Positions 48,001 through 60,386 of a stretch of 64,000 nt of DNA are shown here, in pieces. Numbering within the stretch: the stretch's first letter is position 1; every line of letters starts with the position of its first letter. Origin of the DNA: Leucoraja erinacea (Eukaryota). The notes under the pieces were generated by a model that saw only the letters and a list, made by a program, of their open reading frames with translations, searched no databases and was not told the origin of the DNA. The stretch lies in NCBI RefSeq assembly GCF_028641065.1, contig NC_073401.1:24366001-24430000 (forward strand). The letters are read 5' to 3'. The position numbers and the translations under genes were made by a program.

Positions 48001-51000
48001 GATCTCTTGACCGGGCGAGTGGGTGTTGGGCGGCACTTACCCAGCATGCCTATCCCCAGCATGAAGGCATCCATGCCATAGGGCATGACCCTGGAGCGAC
48101 CTCGGGCCGTTCCAGTCGGCGACATCACTTCCTTAGGCTGCGCTTTCTTACACTCCACCTGTACGGGGTAAAGAGGTCATTTACAGCCTCCATGCTGGGC
48201 CCGGGCTGGACACGCCACCAGCGGGCGTGCTCTGTGCGATCCACAGTGTGTTTGTTTAACAAAATAACATTTATTCAATTATTTACAATATTACGTCACA
48301 AAACAAACAGGGTGTCGCAGCGGTAGAGTTGCTGCCTCACAGCGCCAGAGACCCGGGTCCAATCCCGACTACGGGTGCTTGTCTGTACGGATTTTGTACG
48401 TTCTCCCTGTGATCCGCGTGGGTTTTCTCCGGGCGCTCACCCTCTGTGTGGAGTTTGCACGTTCTCCCTGTGACCATGTGGGTTTCCTCCCACATCCCAA
48501 AGACCTGCAGCTTTGCGGGTTGATTTCCTGCTGGGAATCACTGCGAGTGCGTGGGGAGTAAATGCCAATGTGGGACAAGATAGAACTAGTTTGAAGGGGT
48601 GATCGCTGGTCGGCGCGGACCCGGCCAGCACAAGAGCCTGTCTCCAAACACACCGTAGCTCCAAACTAAAAACGCTCCTCACTCACCATCTTGTTGTTGA
48701 TCTCGTGGAAGTGGATCTCACACACCTTCTCCACGATGTCCTCGCTCTCAAAGGTCACAAACCCAAACCCTGAAAGTCAAACGAGGGGCACGTTAACCAG
48801 GTTTAATGTGGCATCACCTTCAGCATGGACATTGTGGGTGGGCAGGAACTGCAGGTGCAGGTTTAAACTGGAGATAGGCACAAAATGCAGGAGTAACTCA
48901 GCGGGACAGGCAGCTTCTCTGCAGAGAAGGAATGGGTGACGTTTCAGGTTGAGACCTTTCTTCAGACATTGTGGGCCTAAGGGCCTTTACTGTGTTGTAC
49001 ACTTCCAGGTTCCAATACAGGGAAAGATGCTCAAACTCAGAGGTGGACAAATCAGATCCCTTTACACGAGTTATGGCACAGTGGTAGAGTCGCTGCCTTA
49101 GACCCGGGTTTGATCCTTACTAACGGTGCTGTCTGTACGGAGTTTGTACCTTCTCCTCGTGACCACATGGGTGTTCCGGTTACCTCCCTACGCTCCAAGT
49201 ACGCACTTTGTAAGTTCATTGGCTTTGTTAAAATTGTAAATTGTCCCTAGTGTGTTGGATTGTGCTAGTGTACAGGGTGTTCGCTGGTCTGTGTCGACTC
49301 GCTGGGCCGAAGGGCCCACTTCCCTGCTGTATCACTAAACTAAACTGAGCCAAACATGGTCTTCCACACACCAGCAGGCACCTTCCTTCTTCCACTTCCA
49401 AGCACCTCTTTTTTTTTTTTTTTCCGTAAATGTTTTTTTATTAGATTTTCAAACAAATGTACAATTTACAAGGGAAGGTAGAAAGCTCAAACAATTTAAA
49501 AAAACACTTAAACAAAATTATCAAATTAAAATATTAACATTTTTATCTATAATATATTCAACCTCCTGTGGTGACCAGCGTTTACAGAAGGCCTCCACAG
49601 TCCCCATGGACACTGCATGTTCCCTTTCTAGGGACACGCAGGCACGGACGTAACCCCTGGAAAAGGGGTAGGCAGCCAACCGCTGTGCGGCCATCCATTT
49701 CCAAGCACCTCAGGGATCTCTAATTGTCCCATATTGTATGTATTCACAAGAGTGTCGATTTAGCTCTTAGGGCTAACGGAATCAAGGGATATGGGGAGAA
49801 AGCAGGAACGGGGTACTGATTTTGGATGATCAGCCATGATCATATTGAATGGCGGTGCTGGCTCGAAGGGCCGAATGGCCTATTCCTGCACCTATTGTCT
49901 ATTGTCTAAATTAAATTAAATTTCCAGCGTCAACTCCACGTGAGATTTCTGGGGCAGGGGGGTTATTTATACAGCAACCAGAATCCCTGTCACTGTTCCC
50001 ATCCAATGGCCCCATCCTACTGGTTGTCTGCCCCCTATTGTGGTGTAGTGAGGCCCTGCTTGCCAACTACCTGTTGGGGCTCATACCCTCCAACGACTGA
50101 CTCCATCTACACTTCACGTTTCCTCAGAAAAACCAGCCGACATAATCAAAGGTAGACACATGTGCATTCCCGGCTTTCTTTAATCCCAAGCACCGGATGA
50201 CTAATAATTGACATGAACATTAACATCTATTTTAGTGAATATAAAGTGAAAATAAGCCCAAACTGCATCTCTGTTTAGCACCACAGTGTAGTAATCTTCC
50301 ACCAATGATCACTATTTCAAATAGATAATTTCTAATGTGTAAGAAAGAACCGCAGATGGTAGTTTAAATCGAAGGTAGACACAAAATTCTGGAGTAATTC
50401 AGCGGGCCAGGCAGCATCGCTGGAGAGAAGGAATGGGCGACGTTTCGGGTCGCGACCCTTCTTCAGACAAACCAGCATCTGCAGTTCCTTCCTAGACACA
50501 AACAAAGACTGGTCCCGCCCCAGTCATTCCTTCTTCTCCCTGCTCCCGTCCGGCAGAAGGAAACAGAAGCTTGAAAGTGCGCACCGCCAGACTCAGGAAC
50601 AGCTTCTTCCCCTCTGTTATCAGGCTCCTGAACCGTCCTTCCACAAGATAGGGCACTGCCTTTGGTCAGAGGGTGGTGAATCTGTGGAATTCATTGCCAC
50701 AGTCAGGAGGCCAAGTCAGTGGGACGCAGATGATTAGTGGGTTGTGTCGGATGTTACTTCATTGAAGACGCCCAGTGTCGGGGGGGGTGGGACAGAGAGG
50801 GTCCCGGGGGGGAGGGCTGGCGTCGCACCCACTGGGGGGCACCCGAGGGTGCTGCTGACCGGTGGTGGTCGAGGCGCGAGCGCTGTAACCCTACCCCCGC
50901 TCTCACGCACCTGCTGAGTCGTCGCCATTAATAATTCAGCCGCACTTCTGTTTCCATGAATAATACAGCGTGGCAGATTTGACCCCTTTTGTCCAAGGAA

Positions 51001-54000
51001 ACGTCCTCGCGTTAAACAACAGCCAGGCCTGTTCCGCTCAACACCAGCCCGGCTTTCTACAACGCAGTCGTGTCCCCTCCCTCCACACCACGCTGCCCGT
51101 GATTAGCAGTCACCACAGTACTTTGGATGGAATCGCTCGCCGATTGTGTGGGACTTGAGAGATACAGCAAGGAAATAGGCCCTATAGCCCACCGAGTCCG
51201 CACCGACCAGCGATCACCCCTATCCTACACACTAGGGCCAAGTTACAATTTCACCAAAGCCAATTAACCTACAAACCTGTATGTTTTATGCCTGCACTGG
51301 TTTAAGGTCCCATCACAATTTAGACTTTAGAGATACACTGTGGAAACAGGCCCTTCAGCCCTCTGAGTCCATGCTGACCAATGATCACCCCGTATACTAG
51401 CACGCTCCTACACACGAGGGACAACTTTCACAATTACAGAAGCCAATTAACCCACGAAACGTACGTCTTTGGAGTGCGAGAGGAAACCGGGCCAACGCCG
51501 TCACGGGGAGAGCGTACAAACTCCGTACAGACAGCACCCGTAGTCAGGATCGAACCCGGGTCTCCGGCGCTGTAAGGCAGCAACTCTACCGCTGCGCCAC
51601 CGTGCCGAGATGCAGCCATGTTGACCCATTCAGCAAGGGGTTAAAGCATTCGAGGACAAAAGCAGGTTGCACGGATTAAGCCTGGGTTTGCTGAGGTGAT
51701 TTAGCTCAGTGTTTACAAGGATGCCAACATCTGACATGGGATTACAGGGGAGTTATTGGGATGGGGGCTTGGGATAAGGAGGGTTATTCCCTTCATCCTG
51801 TATCTGTACACTGTGAATAGCTCGATTGTAATCACGTATTGTCTTTCCGCTGACTGGTTAGTGAACGACAAGGGCTTTTCACCGCACCTCGGTACACGTG
51901 ACAATAAACTAAACTGAACCATGCACGGGTAGGTGAGAAAACAGTTTAGCTTGGCATCACGTTCGGTACAGACACTGCGGGCTGAAGGGTCCGTTCCTGT
52001 GCTGCACTCTTCTCAAAACATTTGGGGAAGGCTGCAGAAGTACCAGGCGCTATTTAAATGCAAGTCTAATTATGTCGATGTTAGCACGATATGATTAAGA
52101 CGGGTGTCAGGAGGTTATGGGGAGAAGGCAGGAGAATGGGGTTGAGAGGAGAAGATAGATCAGCCATGATCGAATGGCGGAATAGACTTGATGGGCCGAA
52201 TGGCCTAATTCTGCTCCTACAACTTATGAACATGTGCCTCTGCAGGAGGAAATCTTTCACGGGTGCTTTGGTACGAAGCTGCCTTTGTTTACAACTGGGA
52301 GCCAATTGNNNNNNNNNNNNNNNNNNNNNNNNNNNNNNNNNNNNNNNNNNNNNNNNNNNNNNNNNNNNNNNNNNNNNNNNNNNNNNNNNNNNNNNNNNNN
52401 NNNNNNNNNNNNNNNNNNNNNNNNNNNNNNNNNNNNNNNNNNNNNNNNNNNNNNNNNNNNNNNNNNNNNNNNNNNNNNNNNNNNNNNNNNNNNNNNNNNN
52501 NNNNNNNNNNNNNNNNNNNNNNNNNNNNNNNNNNNNNNNNNNNNNNNNNNNNNNNNNNNNNNNNNNNNNNNNNNNNNNNNNNNNNNNNNNNNNNNNNNNN
52601 NNNNNNNNNNNNNNNNNNNNNNNNNNNNNNNNNNNNNNNNNNNNNNNNNNNNNNNNNNNNNNNNNNNNNNNNNNNNNNNNNNNNNNNNNNNNNNNNNNNN
52701 NNNNNNNNNNNNNNNNNNNNNNNNNNNNNNNNNNNNNNNNNNNNNNNNNNNNNNNNCCATTGCACTGGCCAGCCCAGCACTGCCCGCTGTTCACACGCGC
52801 TGCCGTTGGGCTGCCACACCTGAGGTTGCCGGGGTGACACGCCACATCTTCGGGCAGCAGTGGCAGATGCGGTGGAGCTGTAGGGAGCTGCAATCTGTGC
52901 GTTCAGGGGGCTGGGTCACAGGTCAGGGGTCAGTCAGGCTGCATTGTCCAGCTTGCAGTCGCCCGAGGGTTTTCATTGTCTCGACTCTATTTTTACATAA
53001 GCAAAAACCCAATTTGCAAAAGAATGGGACATTCATTTGCAAAGTTTGTTCTGAGACGTGGTCACGTTTGCATGTTTCGCCTCCCCCTAATGACTGCGGC
53101 TGCTGGAATATTGCCGCTTGTGAACTACCAGCCATGCAGGGAGTTGCACTGAGACGGAGAGTCACACTGTGAAGAGCAGGCCGGAGCTGGGGGGGATTGA
53201 GCCCGTACAGAGTACAGGGGGGGAGTGAAGCACCAGCCACACTGCAACATCCAGGAGGCAACTAAGAGTTAGATTTAGCTCTTAGGGCTAACGGAATCAA
53301 GGGATATGGGGAGAAAGCAGGAACAGGGCACAGATTTTTGGATGATCAGCCATGATCGTATTGAATGGCTCGAAGGGCCGAATGGCCTACTCCTGCACCT
53401 ATTTTCTACGTTTCTAAAACATGGTGCCTTTCACTATTAGACCTAGTCAGCGTAGACCTCCAGCTCTCCGTACCGAGACCTCTTCATCAATGGTGGAGTG
53501 GGCAGGAGTATCATTTACAGGTTTTTTTTAAAACATCCTCTTTCTAAATTAAAATGAACCAATAAAATCGTCTTTGAAGGCCGAGGTGTTAACTTGAGCA
53601 AATTCACAAATTGAATAAATGGTAGTAATAACATTAAATTAAATTAATTTCCTTTGATGAGGGAATCCCGAATGAAAGGTCACAAAGTGAATGGAAGAAG
53701 CAAAATGCTGCAATTGCTGGAAACCTGAGACAGAGTGCTGGATTGACTGAGCGAGTCAGGCAACATCTGTGGAGAAAAGGGCTGGGTACCTCTTTTCTCC
53801 ACAGATGCTGCCTGACCCGATGAGTAGGTGACGTTTCGGGCCGGAACCCTTCTTACACTCAGGAGGTCGGGCAGCATCTGGGGAGAGAGGGACGATTAAT
53901 ATGTCTTGATGAGTAAGGGTGTCAGGGGTTATTGGCCGTAGGCAGGAGAATGGGGTTGAGAGGGAAAGCTAGATCAGCCATGGTTGAATGGCGGAGTAGA

Positions 54001-57000
54001 CTAGATGGGCCGAATGACCTAATTCTGCTCCCAGAACTCATGAAAACTCGTTCTTTCTGACCAAACCTGAAAGGTTAACACAGATGCTGCCTGACATACT
54101 CAGGATTTGTCTGTTATTCTGATTATCATTTTAGAATCAGCACTAGTCGGTGCAGGGGTAAATCCAGGAGCATTTCTTCAGATCAAGCCTGGAGCAACCA
54201 GCAGTGACCACTACAGAGGCCATGCACAAGGTCAGTGCATCAAATGAAGGTCTTATCCTGAGAGTTCCCAGAATACAATTCCAGCACAGTAGCGCACCAG
54301 ATGGGTCTGCTGCCTTACAGCGCCACAGACCCGGGTTTGCTCCTGACCAGGGGTGCTGCCTGTGTGGACTTTGCACGTTCTCCCTGTGACCGCGTGGCTT
54401 TTCTACGGGTGCTCCAGTTCCCTCCCACATCGCAAAGATGCGCAGGTTTGTAGATTCATTCCTTCGCTGGAGATTGCCCCATGTGCGTGGGGAGTGGATG
54501 AGAAAGTTCACAAGTTCGGTTACAGGAGTAGAATTAGGCCATTCGGCCCATCGAGTCCACCCTGCCAGTCAATCATGGCCGATTTCTGCCTCCTAATCCC
54601 ATTTTCCTGCCTTCTCCCCAGAACCACTGACACCCGTTCTAATCGTGGGATATCATAGAACTCGTGCAAATGGGTGATCGATGGTCAGCGTGGACCCGTG
54701 GGTCGAGGGGTTTGTTTCTGCGCTGTGCCTGTAAACTAAACGTCCTCCACTTTGCCCACCACGTATAGAGGACCTTCCCCTGTGTGTTAAACCTGCAGCA
54801 CACGCATGACCTCCAGCACACCTCTAGCACACGCATGACCTCCACGCACACGCATGACCTCTAGCACACGCATGACCTCCATCACACGCATGACCTCCAT
54901 TGCACGCATGACCTCCATTGCACACATGACCATCACCATCACACATATGACCCCCTCATCACACGCGCCCATCACACACACCCTCCCCACATTACACGCA
55001 TGCCAATACAAAACAACGGATTTGGCCTCAAAGTGGTTTTAACTGAGGTCGGATTGGTGAAGCAAGGAACCTTGACATGACAGAGAGGATGAGGGAGGAT
55101 TGCGGGTGACAAGGAGCGGAGGGGAGAGCAGCAGAAGCAGAACGCTGGAGGTGGCTCTTGTGCGAAAGTGAGCAGCGGTGATGGGAAGAGAGGATGAACG
55201 AGGGCAGGAATGTGCTGAGGCACCAGGCTGGGGTGGGGGGGACGGGACGGGACACTGCTTTACAGACACCAGGCTGGGGGGTGGGGGAACCGCATTACAA
55301 AACGTCAGTGAGCCCACAGTGTGCGGCACTGATCTGTTATAAGGGCCGGCTGGAAGCGCTGGGTATCAGTGGCAGTAAAGGATTACACTAATGCTGGGAT
55401 CAAGGCTGCAGAAAACCTGTGCTGAATACAATGAGGGAGCCAGGTCACAGGCTCACATGACAGCACTGAGCTGGGCCTTTCATTCCCGGCAACTCTCAGG
55501 AGACAACACCTCCATCTGACAATCTCCCCTTTGTTTGGGATCTGCGCCGGAGCCAGCTGCTTAGAAATATTATTTTTTCGTTTCCCACCCGTGCGTCCCG
55601 TCCCAACCTTGACGTTCCTTTCTGGCCAGGCAGCCATTTGTAATCTCTGCCTCCAACCAACGAAATATCACAAGGTGAACAGGTAAGTATCATCCTGTAT
55701 AGTCTTGGCTGCCGGCTTATTCTTCACTGGAGTCAGGTTGGGGGTTCGATCCCAGGTCAGGCCCATAAAATAAGTCAGTCTAAAGGCCCTGTCCCATGAT
55801 GCGAGTTTACCCAAGAGCCCTCCTGAGTTTAAAAAAAAATCAAACTCATGATACTTCATCACGAGTATTTTTTTAACTCTTGTAAATTTTTCACACTGTT
55901 GAAAAAACTTCACGCGTTTCCGCGTTTCCGAGTACCTGCCGTTAGCGTTACTAGTGTGCAGGTGGTCGCTGTTCGGAGTGGACTCGGTGGCTGAAAGACC
56001 CGTTTCCACTAAAATCTACCGCTAATTCCCCTCGCAAACATGACCAGCCCCTGGATTAGTCAAGGTGCACACACTGGGATGGGCTCGAGATTTTGAACAG
56101 CCCAACGGAAGGGCCCCGGTGGGCCGAGAGACCCGTCTCTAAAGTCTAAAGTCTACATCGGAGGACAGGGGCAGTTTTTAACCATGTGCCCTAAAGAATT
56201 GTTATCTTGTTCAACCAACATTATAACAATACAGAATGTAGGACAGCACAGCACAGTCCCAGTGTTTGTACCAATCACCATGTCAAGTTAAACCGGTCTC
56301 ATCTCCTGCCCATGATCCATATGCAATGGTCCATTCTCTGAACCATGATGACCCATTCCATCATCTACTCTCTGCATATCCCGGGACCCCCCCCCCATTA
56401 TCACCTGTCCCACTTGGGTGTCATTTGCGTGTCATTTACCCGTCAGGGCCGTATTAACGGGAGATTTCAACTTCCCTATTGTGGGGATGTACCAGATAAA
56501 CCGGTGGTTCAAACTAGATTTATTTTCAGGCTCCAGGCACAACAGGTCAGGTGGACAAACCTGGGACATGGAATGGCTCGGAGGGACTGGGATCTTAAAG
56601 CCGCTGCTGAAAGAAGGGCAGCATTGGCTGCTCAATGTTCCAGGGTATTGATGGTACAGACGTGATAGAGATGCAGGTAAGAGACGAGGAGGGGGAGGGA
56701 GGGGGAGGGAGGGAGGGAGGGAGAGGGGGGGGGGGGGAGGGGGGGAGGGAGGGGGGGGGAGGGGGGAGGGAGGGAGGGAGGGAGGGAGGGAGGGGGGAAG
56801 TTTCCTTTTTGACCAGGGAGAACATAACTACAAAGCTCAGAGAGGATAATCTTCCGGGATCATCCACTGAGGCTTAATGGACAGAACGTGGAAACAGGAA
56901 GGGAACGATCATACTGATGGGACTGTATTATAGGCCTCCCCAATAGTCAAGGTGAATTAGAGTGCGTGGGAGTTTGTAAATAGCTGTAGCAATAACAGGG

Positions 57001-58541
57001 CAGCATTAGTGGGATATTTCAACCTCTCTACTACAGGGGCCTACCAGCATTTTGATAATCCTGTCTATCTTTGGTTTAATGCAGCTTCTGCAGTTCCTTA
57101 TTCCTGGAGAGAATTAGCATGACTTTGTGTGTGGGAAATAGTGCTTCGTGAATCCAATAGAATTTTTTCAAGAGGCTGAGCGGTAGAGTTGCTGCTTTAC
57201 AGCGCTTGCAGCGCCAGAGACCCGGGTTAGATCACGACTACGGCTGCTTGTCTGTATGGAGTTTGTACGTTTTCCCCGTGACCTGCGTGGGTTTTCTCCG
57301 AGATCATCGGCTTCCTCCCACACTCCAAACACGTCCAGGTTTGCAGGTTAATTGGCTTGGGATTCATGCAAATTGTCCCTGGTGTGTGTACGATAGTGTT
57401 AATGTGCGGGGGATCGCGGGTGGCGCGGACTCAGTGGGCCAAAGGGCCTGTTTCTCTAAAACTAAAAAAAACCAAGGTCACCGAGAGAACTGATGAGACA
57501 GGGAAGTGGACATTATTTATACTGCAAGGTCTTTAGTTCCCTGGCTTATCCTTGCTGCTCTTCTTAAATAACGATACAACATTAGCCACCCTCCAGTCTT
57601 CAGGCATGGCACCTGCAGCTAAAGGTGATGCAAATATCTCTGCAAAGCCCCCCGCGATTTCCTTCAGACACATGGAAAATAAGTGCAGACGTAGGCCATT
57701 CGGCCCTTCGAGCCAGCACCGCCATTCACTGTGATCATGGCTGATCATCCAGAATCAGTACCCCGTTCCTGCTTTCTCCCCATATCCCTTGATTCCGTTA
57801 GCCCTAAGAACTAAACTCTCTCTTGACTCCCACCAGATCTGAGGATGCGCTTGATCAGGCCCTGAGGGTTTAATACCACCTTACTGTGCTTTAATACCCC
57901 ATCAATACCTCCTCACTGATAATTTGTTTCTGATCCAAGACATCACCACTCAGTTGCTTAGCTTTCCACGTTCTGCTGCTCAGTGCGAGGCATGGTGGCG
58001 CAGCGGTAGAAACACTGCCTTATAGCGCCAGAGACACGGGTTCAATCCCGGCTACTGCCTGTTCGGAGTTTGTACCTTCTCCCCGTTACCCGTGTGGGTT
58101 TTCTGAGAACTTCGGTCTCCTCCCACATTCCAAAGACGTACAGGTTTGTAGGTTAATTGGCTTGGTATAAACGTAAAAATTGTCCCTGGTGTAAGATGTA
58201 CGGGCATCGCTGATCGGTGTGGACTCGGTGGGCCGAAGGGCCTGTTTCTGTGCTGGATCTCTAAACCAAACTAAAACTAAAAGATGATGAGAAGTATCTC
58301 CCTCATCCCTAAACAAAGACGGCCATGCTGATCTTCGGGGGGGGGGGGGGGGGGACCTATTATTTTCTTAACCACCCCTAATATAGAGGTATGGTAAACC
58401 TATAAAAGAGGTATGATAAATACGTTTTTAAGAAGGAACTGCAGATGCTGGAAAATCTAAGGTAGACAAAAGTGCTGGAGAAACTCAGCGGGTGCAGCAG
58501 CATCTATGGAGCGAAGGAAATAGGCAACGTTTCGGGCCAAA

Positions 58542-58582
<41 letters not shown>

Positions 58583-59563
58583 GAAGAAAGGGAAAAAGGA
58601 AGAGACCGAGTCAGAGGCCTTTGTAAATTGTCTCTAGTGTGTCTCTAGTGTGTAGTTCAATCACCCAGAACTAGTGTATGGGTGATTGTTGGTCAGTGTG
58701 GACTTGGTGGGCCAATGGGTGCGTTTCCACGATGTATCTCTAAGATTAAAAGCTTTTAAGTCTCATCAAATTGGTCTGTTAAGGTTCATTAGATGGAAAG
58801 TCAGATGCAGGGGTGTAAACTGTATTGTATAAATGGATGAGAATTACATAGTACAGGAAGGAACTGCAGATGCTGGTTTAAACCTAAAATAGACACAAAA
58901 AACTGGAGTAACTGAGCGGGTCAGACAGCATCTCTGGAGAAAAGGAATAGGCGACGCTTCGGGTCAAGACCCTTCTTCAGACTGAGTGTCGGGGGAAAGG
59001 ATAACGAGAGCTACGGACAGTGAGGGGTTTCTCTGGGTTCTCCCACACTCGTGGGAGAACCCAGAGAAACCCAGACTTTGTAGTATAATTGTAAATTGTC
59101 CCTAGTGTGTGTAGGGTAGTTACATAGAAAATAGGCGCAGGAGGGGAGGCCATTCGGCCCTTCGAGCCCGCACCGTCATTGATTGCGATCATCGTCCCCA
59201 ATCAATAACCCGAGCCTGCCTTCTCCCCATATCCCTCGATTCCACTAGCCCCTAGAGCTCTATCTAACTCTCTCTAGTGTATGAGGTGACTGCTCTAGTT
59301 CTGGTGTATGAGGTGTGTGTGTGTCTAGTGTGTGCCGACTCAGTGGGCTGAAAGGCCGGTATCCGTGCAGTATTCTTAAAGTCTAAAGCAGTTCGCACAG
59401 GTGACAATAAAAACACTATTGAAGATAATTCACAGGATAAAGGAACCTATGTCACACAAGCAAAAGGTGACGAATCACACAACAATCAAGAAACAAAGCA
59501 GATGGGATGTTTACCTCGATGCCGATTAGTTGTCTTGTCAAACATCAGCATGGCGTCGTCTAC
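39874..59563 (-). CDS. MSI1: RNA-binding protein Musashi homolog 1, 5'-partial; complement(join(39874..39915,42340..42494,43783..43848,47175..47255,48041..48158,48687..48769,59515..59563))
   Basis: Spliced translation [197 protein letters not shown] is nearly identical to vertebrate MSI1; exons 1-6 lie beyond 64000. Confidence 0.96.
40540..41095 (-). mobile_element. CR1 ORF2 3' fragment
   Basis: [16 protein letters not shown]...RTRGHSLRI...[10 protein letters not shown]. Confidence 0.9.
41208..41513 (+). mobile_element. tRNA-derived SINE
   Basis: GGCACGGTGGCGCAGCGG...GGTTCGATCC head. Confidence 0.8.
42340..42494 (-). CDS. MSI1: MSI1 exon 13
   Basis: [24 protein letters not shown]...GHSLG. 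Confidence 0.95.
42545..43360. repeat. CA-rich / (CACTGAC)n simple repeat with gap 42882-43153
   Basis: Direct inspection. Confidence 0.85.
43783..43848 (-). CDS. MSI1: MSI1 exon 12
   Basis: [22 protein letters not shown]. Confidence 0.95.
44410..44870. repeat. (GAGAG)n purine-rich simple repeat
   Basis: Direct inspection. Confidence 0.85.
45948..46383 (+). mobile_element. CR1 3' end (same young subfamily as 21523-21941)
   Basis: [22 protein letters not shown]...; (TTTCTATG)n tail. Confidence 0.88.
47175..47255 (-). CDS. MSI1: MSI1 exon 10
   Basis: [27 protein letters not shown]. Confidence 0.95.
48041..48158 (-). CDS. MSI1: MSI1 exon 9
   Basis: [16 protein letters not shown]...MLGIGML. 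Confidence 0.96.
48687..48769 (-). CDS. MSI1: MSI1 exon 8 (RRM2 RNP1)
   Basis: [28 protein letters not shown]. Confidence 0.96.
54796..54990. repeat. ~18-bp minisatellite (CACACGCATGACCTCCAG-like)
   Basis: Direct inspection. Confidence 0.8.
59515..59563 (-). CDS. MSI1: MSI1 exon 7
   Basis: cccaacag|[17 protein letters not shown]|gtaa; 49 nt. Confidence 0.95.
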
Positions 59564-59941
59564 CTGTTGGGAAAAAAACAAACGCCATCAGTGTCGTGCT
59601 GAGGGTTCTCCTGCATAAATGATATCCCAAAGTCTCGAGTGCGCCATTGATGGGCCAGGCGTTGGGTAAACGCTCGCGCCGGCCCCGTACCATTTCCATC
59701 CATTAGAGGCAGCGGCCTCTAAACCTCAAAGGGCCATGAACCTCTCTTTGCACATCAGGGACGGCACGGGGCCGCAGCGGAACAGCCGCTGCCTCATACA
59801 GCGCCAGAAACCCAGGTTCGATCCTGACCACTGGTGCTGTCTGTACAGAGTTCGTACATTCACCCCGTGACCCCGTGTGGGTTTTCTCCGGGCGCTCCGG
59901 TTTTCTCCCACGTTCCAAAGACGTACAGGTTTGTAGGTTAA

Positions 59942-60386
59942 AGGGCCTGTCCCACGAGCATGTGACCTGCATGCGGCAAGCGCGACCTAAAGGTCCGGTC
60001 CCACCAGCATGCGCCTGTACGCGGCAAGCGCGACCTAACGTGGTCGCTTGAGCCGTACGGCATGCGGCACGTGCGACCAAACCAGAAGCGGGAGCCGCGC
60101 GGAGGTTGAGTGAGTGACACGGTGTCGAGGCGGCTGCGGGCCGGCAAGCCGTTGCCGCTCGGAATATTTGAACACGGTCAGTTTTCCGGAGCCCGCGAGA
60201 TGTCGGGACCAGCTCCGCACAACTCCATACGGCTCCGCCGATCAAAGTGGGACCGGCCCCGCGAGGCCGTACGGCTCAAGCGACCACGTTAGGTCGCGCT
60301 TGCCACATGCAGGTCGCATGCTGGTGGGACAGGCCCTTTAGGTCGCGCTTGCCGCATGCAGGTCGCATGCTGGTGGGACAGGCCCT
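59942..60386. mobile_element. PIF/Harbinger-like MITE inserted in a SINE
   Basis: TIR AGGGCCTGTCCCAC / GTGGGACAGGCCCT, TAA TSD, long internal inverted repeats, duplicated right end. Confidence 0.8.

Noticed and set aside
52081-53172. ORFs of 170-310 aa spanning N runs (also 42547-43207, 46978-48158, 60407-60890)
   Set aside because: Length is due to assembly gaps
39874-59563. MSI2 instead of MSI1
   Set aside because: [40 protein letters not shown] and PLA2G1B adjacency are MSI1-type
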